Part shown: positions 1 through 23,961 of the stretch, piece by piece
How the letters are laid out: the number at the start of each line of letters is the position of its first letter
Position numbering within the stretch: position 1 is the first letter of the stretch
Source: Salpingoeca rosetta
Taxonomy: Eukaryota; Protista; Choanoflagellata
DNA: 64,000 nt
Direction of reading: 5' to 3'
Assembly (NCBI GenBank): GCA_033442325.1
Contig: JAWQFM010000011.1
Span: 1,380,201-1,444,200, forward strand
Position numbers and translations under genes: made by a program
The notes under the pieces: generated by a model
The model's database searches: none
What the model was told of the DNA's origin: nothing
What the model saw: the letters and a program-made list of their open reading frames with translations, nothing else

Positions 1-157
1 TGTTTCACGAGTGTCGTGCACTTCCTCACCTTCCCCCATCACCACCACCACCACCACCACCACCACCACCACCACCACCACCACCACCACCACCACCACC
101 ACCACTACTACACACACACACACACGTTTTCCATGGCGCATGTGACGCCGCTGCCAG

Positions 158-1122
158 GTCTGCGCCACGCGCTGACGCATGAGGACGTTGACCGGTGCGC
201 GTCTGAGCTGCACACCGTGCTTGCAAGCAACTTGACGGATCACCACATGTATCTGCTGCGTGCCGTCATTGGCATGCTCGCCAAAGTCGCGCAAAACTCG
301 GAACACAACCAAATGACATGTAAGTGCAGCTGCTTGGCCGTTCTGCACTCGCCCTGCGTATTTATGTGTGCGTCTTTGTGCGTATTTATGTGTGCGTCTT
401 TGTGCGTATGTATGTATTTTTGTATGTATGTATGTATGTTTGTATGTATGTTATGTATGTATGTATGTATGTATGTATGTATGTATGTATGTATGTATGT
501 ATGTATGTATGTATGTATGTATGTGTGTGTACATGATGGCACCTGGAAGCGTGATTGCTTGCGGGGCGCGCGCATATGTGCTGTGCTTTCGACCAAGCAA
601 ACAAGACGCCATCTCATTTCATTCACGGCTCTACTCGCTCATGCTGCATGTTACGTGCTTGCCAGCCTCCAATTTGAGCGTGTGCATTGGCCCAAGCATG
701 CTATGGCCGCGCCGTGCAGAGGACGTGCTGAAGAACGACGTGCCGCAGATCATCGAGGTAACATGATTCGATGCACAGCATCGGGTTACACTCTTCCGTG
801 TTTCCTTTTTTCTACAGCCTCCACTCTCTCTGGCTTCCGCTGTCTTTATTTCTCTCCTTCCACACGCTTATGCACTCACACTCACATTCACACTCACACT
901 CATACACTCACTCTCACTCTCGCACTCACACTCTCACTCTCACTCTCACACTTATGCATCCACGTACATATGCGTACCTCACTTGTCCCCACCCCTCTAC
1001 CCTTGCGCACGTGTTTGGGACAGTTTATGGTTGATCATCCGACCAAAGTGCTGGGGACGGTGGACCTGCCCATCTACGATGCGGCGCGAAAGCTGATGCT
1101 GTTTGGTGAGGAGAACGACGAG

Positions 1123-1153
<31 letters not shown>

Positions 1154-1677
1154 ACGAGGATGACGAGGATGACGATGATGATGTGCGCGGTATGGACGAC
1201 GACGACGATGATGATGATGATGAGGACGATGATGACTCGGGCAACCCGCTCCGCCCGAGCGACTACAGGGAGAGCCCCTTGCGTGCGGTTGACAGTGTTG
1301 ACGATCGGATGCGAGACCTGTCATACTCCGCATCAGAAACGCCGGGGCTGCCTTCAGGACATGGCGCGGTAAGCAGCTCCCGTCTTCGCAGCACTCAGAG
1401 CGAGTGCGGCACCGCATCCACGCGCGATGAGCCGCAGGACAGCCCGACCGAGAGCAAAGCGCACGCATTTCATGGTCAAGGCAGCAGCGATGGCGATGGC
1501 AGTGGTGATGGTGTTGGAGGCGACGAGCCAGCGCCCGTGGTGCCCGTGCGTCGGCGAAGGCGGGAGACAACAGAACCGTCGTCATCGAGCAGAGGAAGCG
1601 GCGTACACCCCAGCACCAGCGCGCCCTCAGCAACCATAGCCAGGGCCATTGAAACCGAGTTTAACATTGACATTTGA
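158..1677 (+). CDS. RhoGAP-domain protein, 3' part (gene begins upstream of the window); exons ~158-319, 666-757, 1024-1677
   Basis: Spliced product ...LLRAVIGMLAKVAQNSEHNQMT|SSNLSVCIGPSMLWP...IIE|FMVDHP matches the RhoGAP C-terminal pattern (N-x-M-x3-N-L-x2-C-x-G-P-x-L); GT-AG junctions in frame; acidic low-complexity tail. Confidence 0.8.
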
Positions 1678-1707
1678 CCGCTGCTGCTGCTGCTGCTTGT
1701 CTTGTGC

Positions 1708-1774
<67 letters not shown>

Positions 1775-2235
1775 TATGTGTGTGTGTGTGAGTATGTGTG
1801 TGTGTGTGAATATGTCTGTCTGCTCGCCTGTTCTTCATGTACGAGAAACGAACTTGGTTTCTCTTGCTGCCGTCATGCCTTGTTGCGATGTTGCACATTA
1901 TCGGCCCTTCTTCAATTCCACCACGCACGTCACACGCGTGTTTTGTGTTTGTATCACCCATTGCTTGCGTGACGCCTCCGTTTTCTTTTCTCTTCTCCTG
2001 TCATCATTCCTTCACCGCTTCGCTTCTTGCCACCGCCTCCCTGATCACCATTGCTCATGGGGAAGCTTAATGTGCCTTTACTGGTAAAAGACACGCTTTC
2101 TGATTCACGCAAAGGCAGGCACGTAAATGTGTGTGTGTGTGTGTGTGTTTTCGGATGCATTATTGCGAAGGAGGAAGAGAAGCACAGAGGAGAAACAAAC
2201 GTCGCCAATCAAAGCCAATAGCCGGTGTTGAAAGG

Positions 2236-4287
2236 TCAGTTCTTGTGAGAGTTGATGCGCCGAAGGACAGATGCGCGGAGGTCGCGGAGACGGGCCACTA
2301 TTACCGCAGTGCGGCAGCGGTTGCGGCAGCGGTTGCGGCAGCGGTTGCGGCGATGCAGGACTTGCTGCATGAGCTTAGCAAACTCCGGGGACGGCTCATC
2401 ACCTTCGCGACGGGCAGTGCGGGCGCGCTGCTTCAGGTCGACAAGCATGCGGAAGAGGCGGCGTTCATCACGGCGCAGCGCGAGCACGCCGTTGTAAGCG
2501 CGGGACACCTCCTCGCCGATGGCCGGGTTCGACTTCATCAAGGACAGAACACGGGACAGCATGACGCGTCGCGTTCGCGAACTGCTGACCAGGGCACGCA
2601 TCCAGGCAACGTGCTGTTGGATGGCTACATGCTCGTCCTCGGATGGAATGCTGTCGCTCGGCACCTCCCGGGCACCAGCGTGCTGGTCTTGAAGCTTGCC
2701 GATCACAGTCTCGCCGTCCTTATCGCTGACATCGTTGCCATTGCTGGTCTGAGAATGCCCGTCACGGACAGTCGTCACAGCACCACCTTCAGCTGCCGTG
2801 GCCTGCTCTTCAAGACGCTTCTCCTCCACCTCATGCACCTCACCCTCTTCGTCGTTCTCCTCCTTCTCATGCTCCTCCTCGTCCTCCTCCTCCTCTCCGT
2901 GCCGGGCACCTGCATCTGCCGGTGCCGACTGGTCGACTTTCGCGCGCTTGGCATCAAGCTCGCCCTCGTTGCTGTCGGCATGCTGCACATGGCCTTGCTC
3001 GCTGCGGTCTCCAGCAACCTCAGCAACGTCGCCTGAGGCTGGTGCTGGGGTGACAGTGGCGTCCTCTTGGCGCGCCTCAACTGTCGTAGGCGGTGAAACA
3101 TCGGCTGTTGTCACTGCAGAGCCACAGCCTTTCGTCATGCCATCGTCGCGCTGCGTGGTGTCGGTGTTGCCGCTGGCGTCATCGGAACCAAGGGACTGGC
3201 TCTCTTCGGGGTCCTGTTGGCCTTGCGTCTCTTCTTGCCCTTGCTCCGCTGGTCCAGTCTCACCATCAACCTCGGCACGTGCTTCCTTGTGGCTGCTATC
3301 ATTGCTGCTGCTGCCGCCATTGCTGCTGTCCTCGTCGTGGTTGTCGTTGGTGGTGGCATCAGCCCCGACGTCTTCAGTGGTCGCATTCTTTGGCGTGGCT
3401 GTAGAGGGCGTTTGCGTGGCTGTAGAGGGCGTTGGCGTGACTGTAGAGGGCGTTGGCGTGGCTGTAGAGGGCGTTGGGGCGGGCTCCACTTGCTCGGGCA
3501 CAGCGTCTTCCTTCTTTTCAACGTCCTGCTGCTCCTTGCACTGCTGGTCCTCGGAGTAGCCGTCCGTCTCAGTTTCCGTGCTTGCACCACCGTCTTCCTT
3601 GTCGGCGGGGCTTGCGGGTGCGGTGGTGTCACCATTGGCGTTGGCGCCAAGGTGATCGCTGCTGTCGTTGGCACTGTCCTGCGGCTTCCACGTCACTGCA
3701 GGAGTGGTTGCGGAAGGTGGTGTTGTTGGGCGGGCACCTGGGCCCTGCTCCGTGGCGTGCTCTTCCTCCGCGATTGGTTTGGCGCCAACGTTCTCAGTGC
3801 CTGCTTCCTTGGCCTGGTTTGGCGCGTTCTCTTCTTCCATGGCATGGGCAAGCTTGGGGGCGGCAGCCTCGATGTCCATGTTCTTGGCACTGTCCTCGGC
3901 GATGGCTGAGGGCAGATTTCCTTGCAGACGAGCGTTGGCTGCGGCCGGCGTCGACGAGATGCCTTGCATAGTCGTTGTTGGCTTGATGGACCGAGGTGGT
4001 AGTGGTGGTGGTGCTGCTGCTGCTCTTGCAGTCGACGATTTTGCAACACTTGTCCTCCTTCTCCTCGTGATTGCCTCAACCGCTGCTTGCTGCGCTTGCT
4101 GTGCTTGCTGTGCTTGCTGCGCTTGCTGTGCTTGCTGTGCTTGCGAACTTGGGATGGACAGTGCCGGCGTTGCTCTTGTTGGGGTGCCTGGTAAAGGGGG
4201 TGCCTGGGTAGAGTCACTGGAAGCGGCGGGAACTGAGCTGTAGAGCTTGCGGATGATGTGCTGGAAAATGGCACTGTACACGCCCAT
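2236..4287 (-). CDS. Hypothetical intronless 683-aa low-complexity acidic protein with helical/basic C-terminus
   Basis: 2-kb open frame free of dinucleotide microsatellites; QQA and STATPTP repeats, (RNRC)n near the C-terminus; no recognisable domain. Confidence 0.6.
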   Translation of the reverse strand: MGVYSAIFQHIIRKLYSSVPAASSDSTQAPPLPGTPTRATPALSIPSSQAQQAQQAQQAQQAQQAQQAAVEAITRRRRTSVAKSSTARAAAAPPPLPPRSIKPTTTMQGISSTPAAANARLQGNLPSAIAEDSAKNMDIEAAAPKLAHAMEEENAPNQAKEAGTENVGAKPIAEEEHATEQGPGARPTTPPSATTPAVTWKPQDSANDSSDHLGANANGDTTAPASPADKEDGGASTETETDGYSEDQQCKEQQDVEKKEDAVPEQVEPAPTPSTATPTPSTVTPTPSTATQTPSTATPKNATTEDVGADATTNDNHDEDSSNGGSSSNDSSHKEARAEVDGETGPAEQGQEETQGQQDPEESQSLGSDDASGNTDTTQRDDGMTKGCGSAVTTADVSPPTTVEARQEDATVTPAPASGDVAEVAGDRSEQGHVQHADSNEGELDAKRAKVDQSAPADAGARHGEEEEDEEEHEKEENDEEGEVHEVEEKRLEEQATAAEGGAVTTVRDGHSQTSNGNDVSDKDGETVIGKLQDQHAGAREVPSDSIPSEDEHVAIQQHVAWMRALVSSSRTRRVMLSRVLSLMKSNPAIGEEVSRAYNGVLALRRDERRLFRMLVDLKQRARTARREGDEPSPEFAKLMQQVLHRRNRCRNRCRNRCRTAVIVARLRDLRASVLRRINSHKN

Positions 4288-5519
4288 GCCGTTTCGTACG
4301 AGTGCTCAATGGCGGGCGGGGAAATGACCGGGCAACAGCAACAGAAGACGGAAAAAGAAGGGGGAAAAGAAGGAGCGAGAGAGACAGAGAGAAAGAAGTC
4401 GTGCTTAATGGCGGCGTGCGGCTTCTGCTGCTGGTTATTAGTGTTGTTGTTGCTGCTGCTGGCTGCGAAGCACACTTATTGTGTGAACGAGAGAACGGGC
4501 TCAAACAAAACAAGAAATGCGCGCGCGAATCAAGGTTGTGCTGCCTGTGCTTGTGCTCGTTTGCACAAACGTGTACATTCATGCTCAAACGAAGAACACA
4601 ATGGACCAAGCAGACAACAAGGAGCCGCCATGGTGGTGCTTTGCGGGGGGGGGAAGCAGAAGGAAGGGTGTTCGACGAGGACTGCTGCTGCACTGGTGTG
4701 CGCTGCACAAACGTCAAGGATTGTGTGGTTTGTTGCAGTTTGGATTGTTCCCGCCCGCCACCAGGTGTGATTTGCAAAGGGGAGGTGCAATTTGAATGGC
4801 TTGGCAATTTGCAAAACTGCTCTGTAGAATTTTTGATAAAGTTTTGGAAGGATTATCGCGGCGACAACTGGCCACAACCAAAGAAAAAAAATACACAACA
4901 CACAACACACCACCACCAAAAGCAACAAGAAGCAGACCAAGACGAAGACGAACATCCACACCCCCCCTCTCTCTCCTGCCCTGTCACACAGACAGCATAT
5001 CCGAGCACACGATCTTGTGTGGTGACCGTCGCTTGGTGCATTGTGATCGCTGCGCCCGTCGCGTCGACCCTATTTGCTTACGTCTGAGACAGGTTTGTCC
5101 CGCTTTTGCCTTGCTTGAGAGAAAACGGCGATCCAGCCAACGTATCTGAGGTGTGTCGGTTGGTTGGTTTGCTGTTGTCACATCTGTCTGTGTGCCTCCA
5201 GAAATCGCAGTCAGTTTGGTGGTGGTGGTGGTGGTGGTCTGTTTGTTGCACTCATTGTTGTCGCTGTCGCTGGTGGTGACGTTGATGGGGGCTTGTGGCC
5301 TTGGAGCACTTGTGCTTGCCTTGCCGTGTGGGGGAGCGTGGCCGGCGGTGTGGCACTTGGCTGCAGTTCTGTCTGTGCTTGGTCGTTGTGGTGTGTTTTG
5401 TTGGCAGGGCCTACGTGAGATGCTCTCGTGCATGGGTTTTCACACTGCTGCTCGCTGGTGTGGCGTGCCATTTACAGAAGGACACACAAGGACACACCAC
5501 TTAACAGCAACAGTCAGCC

Positions 5520-5913
5520 ATGGGGAACTTGATGCAGGTGTGTGTGTGTGTATGTCTCTGTATTTTGTCTGTATGTCTCTGTAGTTTGGTGTGGATGTCT
5601 CTTTGTTTGTGTGTCTCTATGCCTGTGTGTGTGTGTGTGTGTTCTTGCGTGCTGTACCAAACTGTGTGTCCGTGGCGCTGCCGACGCTGATGTGGCGTGA
5701 CCCATGCCATGACGATGCCATGACGATGATGGTGGCGGTGCAGGTGTTGAAGAAGGACGGCCGCCGTTGCGGCGAGGACATCTTCCTCGACTTTGAGAAC
5801 GCACAGCCCACAGAGGAGGAAAGGCCCGTGTATGATCAAGTGAAGGTGGTCTTGGACCAGTCGGTCGGCATCCTCGAAGGTGTGTGCATGGTGAAACGTG
5901 GGCTGGGGGTAAT

Positions 5914-5965
<52 letters not shown>

Positions 5966-6472
5966 AGGAGGAGTCTGTCTGTACGTGTGTGTATGTGTGT
6001 GTTTGTGAATTTTGTTTGCTATCGGTTGAGCTTCGTTCTTCCATCTATGCGTGGGTATCTGTGCACGCATTGGCCCCACAGCACGTATACGCACAAGCAC
6101 ATATGTGCTTGAGCGTCCCACTTCATACAACTCAACCCCTCTATACCCCTCCCTCCAATCCCCGCTGCCGTTATGCCCTCCTCTCCATCATCGCCTGTGC
6201 CTTGCGCAGACCTGGAAAGCTATGCTGGTGCAGATGAGGCAATTCGCAACGCCATTGCCAATCCAAACAGCGACGAGCACCAGCATATGGCGTGGGATGC
6301 CGTCTGCCCGCTGGTCAAGAAGCTCAAGGAGTTTTATGACTACTCGTCCGACCTTGGTGCGTGCGTTGTGTCTGTGCGTTTGGGGGGGGGGAAGGGCAGA
6401 GGGAATGATGTGAGTGTTGTTTGTTTGATGATAGTGCTGTTGTTGTTGTTGTTGTTGTTGTTGTCGTTGTTT

Positions 6473-6507
<35 letters not shown>

Positions 6508-7671
6508 CTCGCTGCTCTTGTTATTCCTGCTGCTCTTGTTGTTCTTGTTTGCTGAATCCCGCGTGACACGCCAACGCATCTTATGCACGTGCCTTCACCA
6601 CCATCGCCATTGTCGTCCATTCATCATCATCAACTCACGTTGACACATGTGTTGCGTGGTGGCTTTGGACAACAGAGGAGGTTCTCCCGCTCTTGCTGCA
6701 GGCGCTGTGTGCAGAGGACCCTGTCGCTTCACTCGAGCGCAAGCAGGTATGTGTGTGTATGTGTGCAGTGTGTATATTTGTGACGCTGCCATGCTTGATG
6801 TGCCTATTGTCGCATCTGCAACAGCAACCGCTCATCTCTCGCTCACTGACACACACACACGACCAAACAGGCGCTGGCGAAACAGTTTGCGGAGATTCTT
6901 CACTTTGTGCTGAAGTTTGATGACCTGAAGATGTCAAACCCATCGATCCAAAACGACTTCAGCTACTACCGGCGCACGCTCAGCCGCATGAAGATGAACA
7001 ACGCTGGTGGCGAGGATCAGGCTGTGGTCACAAACGAGGAGGCAAACCGCATGTCTCTCTTCTACGCCTACCCGACCCCCATCCTCAAAACCATCAGCGA
7101 CGCAACAACCAAATTCGTTGCAGAGGTGCGTGTGTGTGTCGGTTTGTCTGTATGTGCCGTGTGTGACAGTGTGTATGGTGTCCGTTTTTTGTGTGCGTGT
7201 GTGTGCATGTGTGTCTGTGTGTTTGCGTGTCTGTGTGTCTGTGTCTGTGTCTGCTTTCTTCTTTGCTTTCTCTTCCCTGGTGGTCCTTTAACCCTCTTGC
7301 TGGTCACCGTCACACTGCTTGTTTGTATCTTCCGCTGTGCACACACATACAAACACACAAACGCACGCATACCCACATACGTACTGCTCACCTCCTGTTC
7401 ACCTGCGCGCTGTGCAGAACAAAGACATCCCCATTGACAACACAACCGACTGTCTGAGCACCATGGCAGCCGTGTGCCGAACCATGATTGAGCAGGTGAG
7501 GTTTTCGTGCACTTGTGCACGGGATGTGACTTCCTTGATGCATATCGTTCACGCTTAGCAACGCTTTGACTCCCAACAAACATACCGATGCGCGCTAGTA
7601 TTCACACACACACACTATCTCTCTCTATCTATCTATCAATCAATCAATCAATCTATCTATCTATCTATCTA

Positions 7672-7711
<40 letters not shown>

Positions 7712-7760
7712 TCTATCACATGCACACTCACACACACTCACACTCACACACACACACACA

Positions 7761-7836
<76 letters not shown>

Positions 7837-8330
7837 ACGTGCCCGCCCCAGCCCGAGCTGTCTGCGCGGTTTCACAACCCGGAGACGATTCTGTTCTGCC
7901 AGCGGGTGATGGTTGGCGTGATCATCCTGTACGACCACGTTCACCTCATTGGCGCATTCTCAAAGAAGAACAACTCCATCGATGTGCGTAGCTGTCATCA
8001 GCACGGGGCCCCTTGCTCTGCTGCTGTTATCGTCGTCGACGTTATTATTGCCTCATTCTCTACGATAGTCATGGCCTTGTCCCGTGCCACATGCACTCAC
8101 ACGCAACCAACCCAACCCACCAACAACACTTTTCGTCTCCTCACTCACACACACACACCACCACCCCCACGTCACCCCGCTTCAACGCTCAGATCCGAGC
8201 GTCGATCAAGGTGCTCAAGCTGCACGACAACCCACATCTTGAGGGATTGCTTAACGCACTCCGGTACACGACAAAGCACCTCAACGATGAGAGCACGCCC
8301 AAAGAGGTCAAGAAGATGCTTGCCGCCTAA
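5520..8330 (+). CDS. CYRI: CYRI / FAM49 (CYFIP-related Rac1 interactor), multi-exon
   Basis: Exon 1 MGNLMQ (5520-5537), then [95 protein letters not shown]; close to FAM49A/B signatures; TAA ends at 8330. Confidence 0.95.
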
Positions 8331-9366
8331 CTACGCAGACTACCTCCCCACCATTGTCGTTGTCGTCGTTCAGTGTTGACGTGTCCCATTGTGCACACAG
8401 TGTGCGTGATAGAGGCCCCTTTTTTGTTTTCAGTTGGCTTGTCAGGCGCATACGCAGACTTCTCTCTGTGTGTCTGTTTGTGCGTGCGCTTTGTGATGTT
8501 CTCCTTGTCATTCTTGCTGTTGCTCGTTACACCTCTCAACCACCCCTTTTCGCCTTTCTTTCTTTCTTTCTTTCTTTCTTTTTTGTGTGCTCCTCTGTTG
8601 CGTGCACGTTTTGGCTTTGGGCTTTTCCCATGCAACCCAGTGTTGTGTGTCTGTGTGACTGTCTGTGAGCAAACCAACTTGTGCATGTTGTGAAAGTGAC
8701 GCGTGTGTATTGTGTTGCCCAATCAACAGAGTTGCTTGTTGCCTTCCTTTCCTTCCCTCCTTTTTGTTGTTCGTTGTGTTGACCCGCGTTTGCAGTCGTA
8801 CTGTCCACCAATACATGTATCACATCACATCTCACATCGCCATCGTTGTTGGTGTCAGCTCAGCGCCAGAGTGCACCATGTCAAGGCTCATGTCACACAT
8901 CACATCATCCAAGTCAGCTCGCTCGCTGTGTTGGCAAGCAAGTCAGTGGCAGCAGTTGTGCTGGAACACTTTCATTACAATGACATCGAATCATGCATAA
9001 TAATTTATTCTCCTCTTCCTCCAAACAAACAAACAATCCACCTTCCTCATTTTTTTTGTTTGGCCTCGACACACGACACCCCACTTTTCCAACCCACCAA
9101 AGAAGTCGAGCTGTCTTGACTGCGCTCTCCTGGTCTCCATTGTCAACCACATCCACGCACGTCACTTGGTGCCACACTTCCGCCTCCCCTTTTTTTGTCT
9201 TTTGTTTGGTTGTGTTTGGTTTTGTTTGCTTGTGTCTCTGCCATCCCCCCCCCCCCTTTGACTGCTCCCATTACCCTCCCGGCCTACATCAGGAAGCGCT
9301 GCTCTTCGCCAGCACGACCTTGTTGACTGTCATCCCTTTGATCCTTCGCTCCCCATCCTCAGCATC

Positions 9367-13795
<4,429 letters not shown>

Positions 13796-13969
13796 AATGA
13801 CACGCCCTTTGCCGCTCGCACGTATTGGTTGCTTCACCCGCCTGCTTTGCTGCCAACAGCGCACGCACCCCTCACGTGCACGCACGCTGATGGTTGTGTG
13901 TGTGTGTGTGTGCGTTTGTGTTGCTGCTTGTTTGGCTTAATGACTGCGCCTTTTATGCGTCTGGCGCGT

Positions 13970-14020
<51 letters not shown>

Positions 14021-14533
14021 TGCACATGTGTGTTGGGCTTTACGAATGCTTGTTTTTCTGGAGCGGATGACCGGGTGAAGGTGTGCTTGCTTTGTTGGCG
14101 TGGGCGAGAGAAGTGACAGGCAATGACCGCTTTTGGTGAACGAGCATTGCCTCGAGCTTTCCCTGTCCGTTCCTCCTGGCCCCAATCACGCAAACGTATC
14201 TTAACCTTCCGTTGCATGTGTGATTGATTGATTGTTGGGACCCACGTCATCTTATTCAAAGTTTACCTTCAATCAAATCTATTCGATCCACCCGCGATAG
14301 CCAGTGTGCAATAGCAATATGGTGATGATGTGGTCGCATATGGATGAATCGCATCCCATATCTTCGCCCCCGCGCGCTCGAACGCGGACACGCAACAACA
14401 CCACACAACGACATATCACACACATACACACAAGCAACGCACACGTGCGCGCGCGCGCGCGCACACACACACACACGCACGCACGCAAAGCCATACAACA
14501 CGGGCCATCCAATCAAGCCTCCTGCGTGGTTGC

Positions 14534-20769
<6,236 letters not shown>

Positions 20770-20843
20770 CCTTGTGGTTGCTTACTGGGATCGGGTGCTG
20801 GGGAGTGAGAGAGTGTGTGTGTGTGCGTGTGTGTGGATGAGAG

Positions 20844-20901
<58 letters not shown>

Positions 20902-21186
20902 GTGCATGTGCAGCGCAAAACACGTGTGGGTGGAAAATTGTATGAAGATTTTAGCAGATGGCCATCACTTTGGTCGTTGCTGCAGAGAGGCCAGCCCAAC
21001 AAACGCAAGACTGTGCTGGAGCTGCTGCAGCTGCTGCTGATTTCTTTATCTCTCACACACACACACTCACACTCACACACACGTCTTGGCGTGCTCGTCA
21101 CACGCTGAACCCACACGACAAAGGCATCGTTTGGTTTGTTGCTGCGCTGCGCTGGCCCCGTGTTGCTTGAACGGGCGACCTCAAGG

Positions 21187-22096
21187 ATGTTGTCGCTGGC
21201 CGCCACGCACGGCATCATAGCTGTGATTGGCGCAGTGGCAGGGATCATGATTGGCATGGTTGGTGTTGGTGGCATCATCCTCGTGCCGGCCCTCATCCAA
21301 CTCCCCAACATCAGCGTAAGTGGAAGCAATGTGTGTGTGTGTTTGTGTTTGTGTTTGTGTGTGTGTGTGTGTTTGCGTACGTGTACCTGCTTGTGTGGGT
21401 GTGTGTCTACCTGTCCTGTTTCTGTCTGTGTTTGTTTGTTTGTTTGTTTGTTTGTTTGTTTGTTTGTTTGTTTGTTTGTTTGTTTTTGCTCGAGTGCTCA
21501 CATTTGTTTGTTTGTTCACCTTACACCCAACATCACCAGGTGCAAGAGGCCATTGCGTCATCGCTGTTCTCGTACATCTTTGCTGGCATTGCGGGAACCG
21601 GGTCATACATGTACGGGTCGACCATCTCGTGGACACACGCGCTGTGGCTGCTGCTCGGGTCTGTGCCCGGCGCCATTGCCGCGCCGTTTGCCCTAGACCA
21701 CATCTCAGACCTCGCCATCAAGCTCGTGCTGTACACCATCATCCTCCTGTCGGCCATCTTCTCCACGTATCGCAGCGTCGTCGAATGGAAGCAGACGCAC
21801 AGCGAGGAGCACCGGCGGTCGTCCTCGGGCACGTTTGTGTCGCGCCACAACTCCTGGGAGAACAGCGACGAGGAGCCCTCCATCAGCGCTGACAGCGACG
21901 CGTCCTCCCTGCACCATCGCCATCATCACCACCATCACCATCATCGTCATCGTCATCAGCACGAGGGTGTCAGCACATCTAGAGATGGAGGGCTGCCCAC
22001 ATCGACGCTGCAGAACGAATTTGGGGACGCTGACGTCTTTTACGACGAAGACGCAACAGCCACGGGCACACGCGCGCAAGGCGATGCAGATGATGC

Positions 22097-22174
<78 letters not shown>

Positions 22175-22395
22175 GCAACAACAACAACAGCAGCAGCAGC
22201 CGCAGGAAGAAGGATGTGAGGGCGAGGGAGACGGTGATCGGATGGCGACAGCCAACGGATGCATCGATGGCGATAGTGCCATGACCTCGAAAGACGAGGA
22301 GGCAAATAGCCAACTTGTCATCACAGGGCCCGTCACCACCAGGTGTGGACTGCGTCGTTTTGGTGTGTGTGTGTGCGTGTGTGTGTGTGTGTGTG

Positions 22396-22454
<59 letters not shown>

Positions 22455-23489
22455 CCGTCTGTGCGTGTGTGTCTGTCTGTGTGGAATCGTTGACAAATAC
22501 GCATCATGTTTCCCTCTTGCAAGACGTTGATTGTGAGGGTGAAGCGTCAGTCCTAACGCTGTTCGTCTTCCTGTTGCGGCCTTCTTGCTGTGTTAGGGAC
22601 ATTGTGCTGCGGTTTGCAATTGGCGTGTTTGTTGGGTTTGCAAGTGCCTTGACGGGGTCAAGTGGCCCTGTTCTCCTGCTCCCCATCCTCATCAGCCTCA
22701 GATGGGATATCTTCATCTCCTTGGGGTGAGTACGCGACGCCTTGCGGGGGGGGGACGCAGCGAGCTGCCGTTGTTGCTCATCTGTGGTGCTGTGGTTGTT
22801 GGTATAGTGATAGTACTCCTTGCTTCTGATACACCCCTGCACATTCCCATGCACCCTACTCACAGCAACGCGCGCTGACATGCACCTTCACGCAACCATA
22901 TGCACTCCCACGCACTCCAATGCACATGCACACACATGTACAGGTGTGCGCAGGCAATACAGATCCCGATTGCGGTGGCGTCTGTGATTGCATATGTGAT
23001 TGGGCGGCCGGGCGTCATCGACTTTGCCATTGGCGGTGTTCTCTCCGCAACCCTCGTCCCCCTTCTTTGCTTCGGTGAGGTAGCTGCCCTCCCTGAGGTG
23101 GTCTGTGTATGTCCTGTCTGTGTGTCTGTGTCTTTGTCTGCGTCTGTGTCTGTGTGTGAGAGAGTGTCTCTGTATGTGTGTGTCTGTCTGTCTGTTCCTG
23201 TGTCTGTGTCTGTGTGTCTGTTCCTGTGTGCGCGCGCTGGCTGGTGTTTTCTGTGCAATGAATGTGTAACATGCTTATGTTCGCCCTGTTGGCCTCTGAG
23301 CTAACGCATGCACACGTACACACGTGTACACACACACACACGTCCGTGTACGATTGCAAACACACGCGGGCAGGGGCGTATCTTGCGCATCGGTTGGAGG
23401 CGACAACGCTGAAGCTCGTGGTCAGCGTTGTCCTCGTGGTGGCCGGTGTCGGCCTCTTCTCGCAGCTCGCAGTGACAGAGCTGTCGTGA
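21187..23489 (+). CDS. TauE/SafE (TSUP) family sulfite exporter-like membrane protein, multi-exon
   Basis: GIMIGMVGVGGIILVPAL, AIASSL, LLGSVPGAIAA, and in the second half GVFVGFASALTGSSGPVLLLPIL and GAYLAHRLEATTLK; two-repeat TSUP topology; poly-His/poly-Gln central loop. Confidence 0.8.
22097..22200 (+). repeat. Coding (CAA)n/(CAG)n repeat, poly-Gln tract in the TauE loop
   Basis: Visible trinucleotide run within the exon. Confidence 0.9.
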
Positions 23490-23593
23490 TGTGAATTCCA
23501 GCTTGGACACACACACGTGTGTTTTGTTTGTGAAGGTTATTGCATCCCACCCTGCCTGCCTGTGTGTCCCTGCCCTTGTATGTTGTTAAACAG

Positions 23594-23628
<35 letters not shown>

Positions 23629-23930
23629 TTGATTGAGGTCTTTTCATGTCACACGTTTCCAGTTCGCTTGCCTGCCTGCTCGCTATCGTTCGTTTGATCG
23701 CTGTAACTGATGTTCTAATTGATGTTTTCATTGCTCGCGTGGTATTGGATTGGTAGCATTGCCACTGTGGCTTTTCATTGTATTTGCACTTTCGCGCTTT
23801 GTGACTGAAATCAGAGTTGACATGAATCAAGAGCAAAGGCATCTCAGGTATCTCATCTTTCCACCCACACACACGCACGTGTGTGCTGCAGCTGGCTGTG
23901 ATAAAGTGGGTGAGCAGCAAACAAACCCAA

Positions 23931-23961
<31 letters not shown>

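Noticed and set aside
3395-3480. 21-bp tandem repeats as a CRISPR-like array
   Set aside because: No spacers; this is an in-frame coding minisatellite (STATPTP).
158-8330. RhoGAP plus CYRI (and distant DEPDC1) as a Rac-regulatory cluster
   Set aside because: Rho regulators are numerous, so proximity is compatible with chance.
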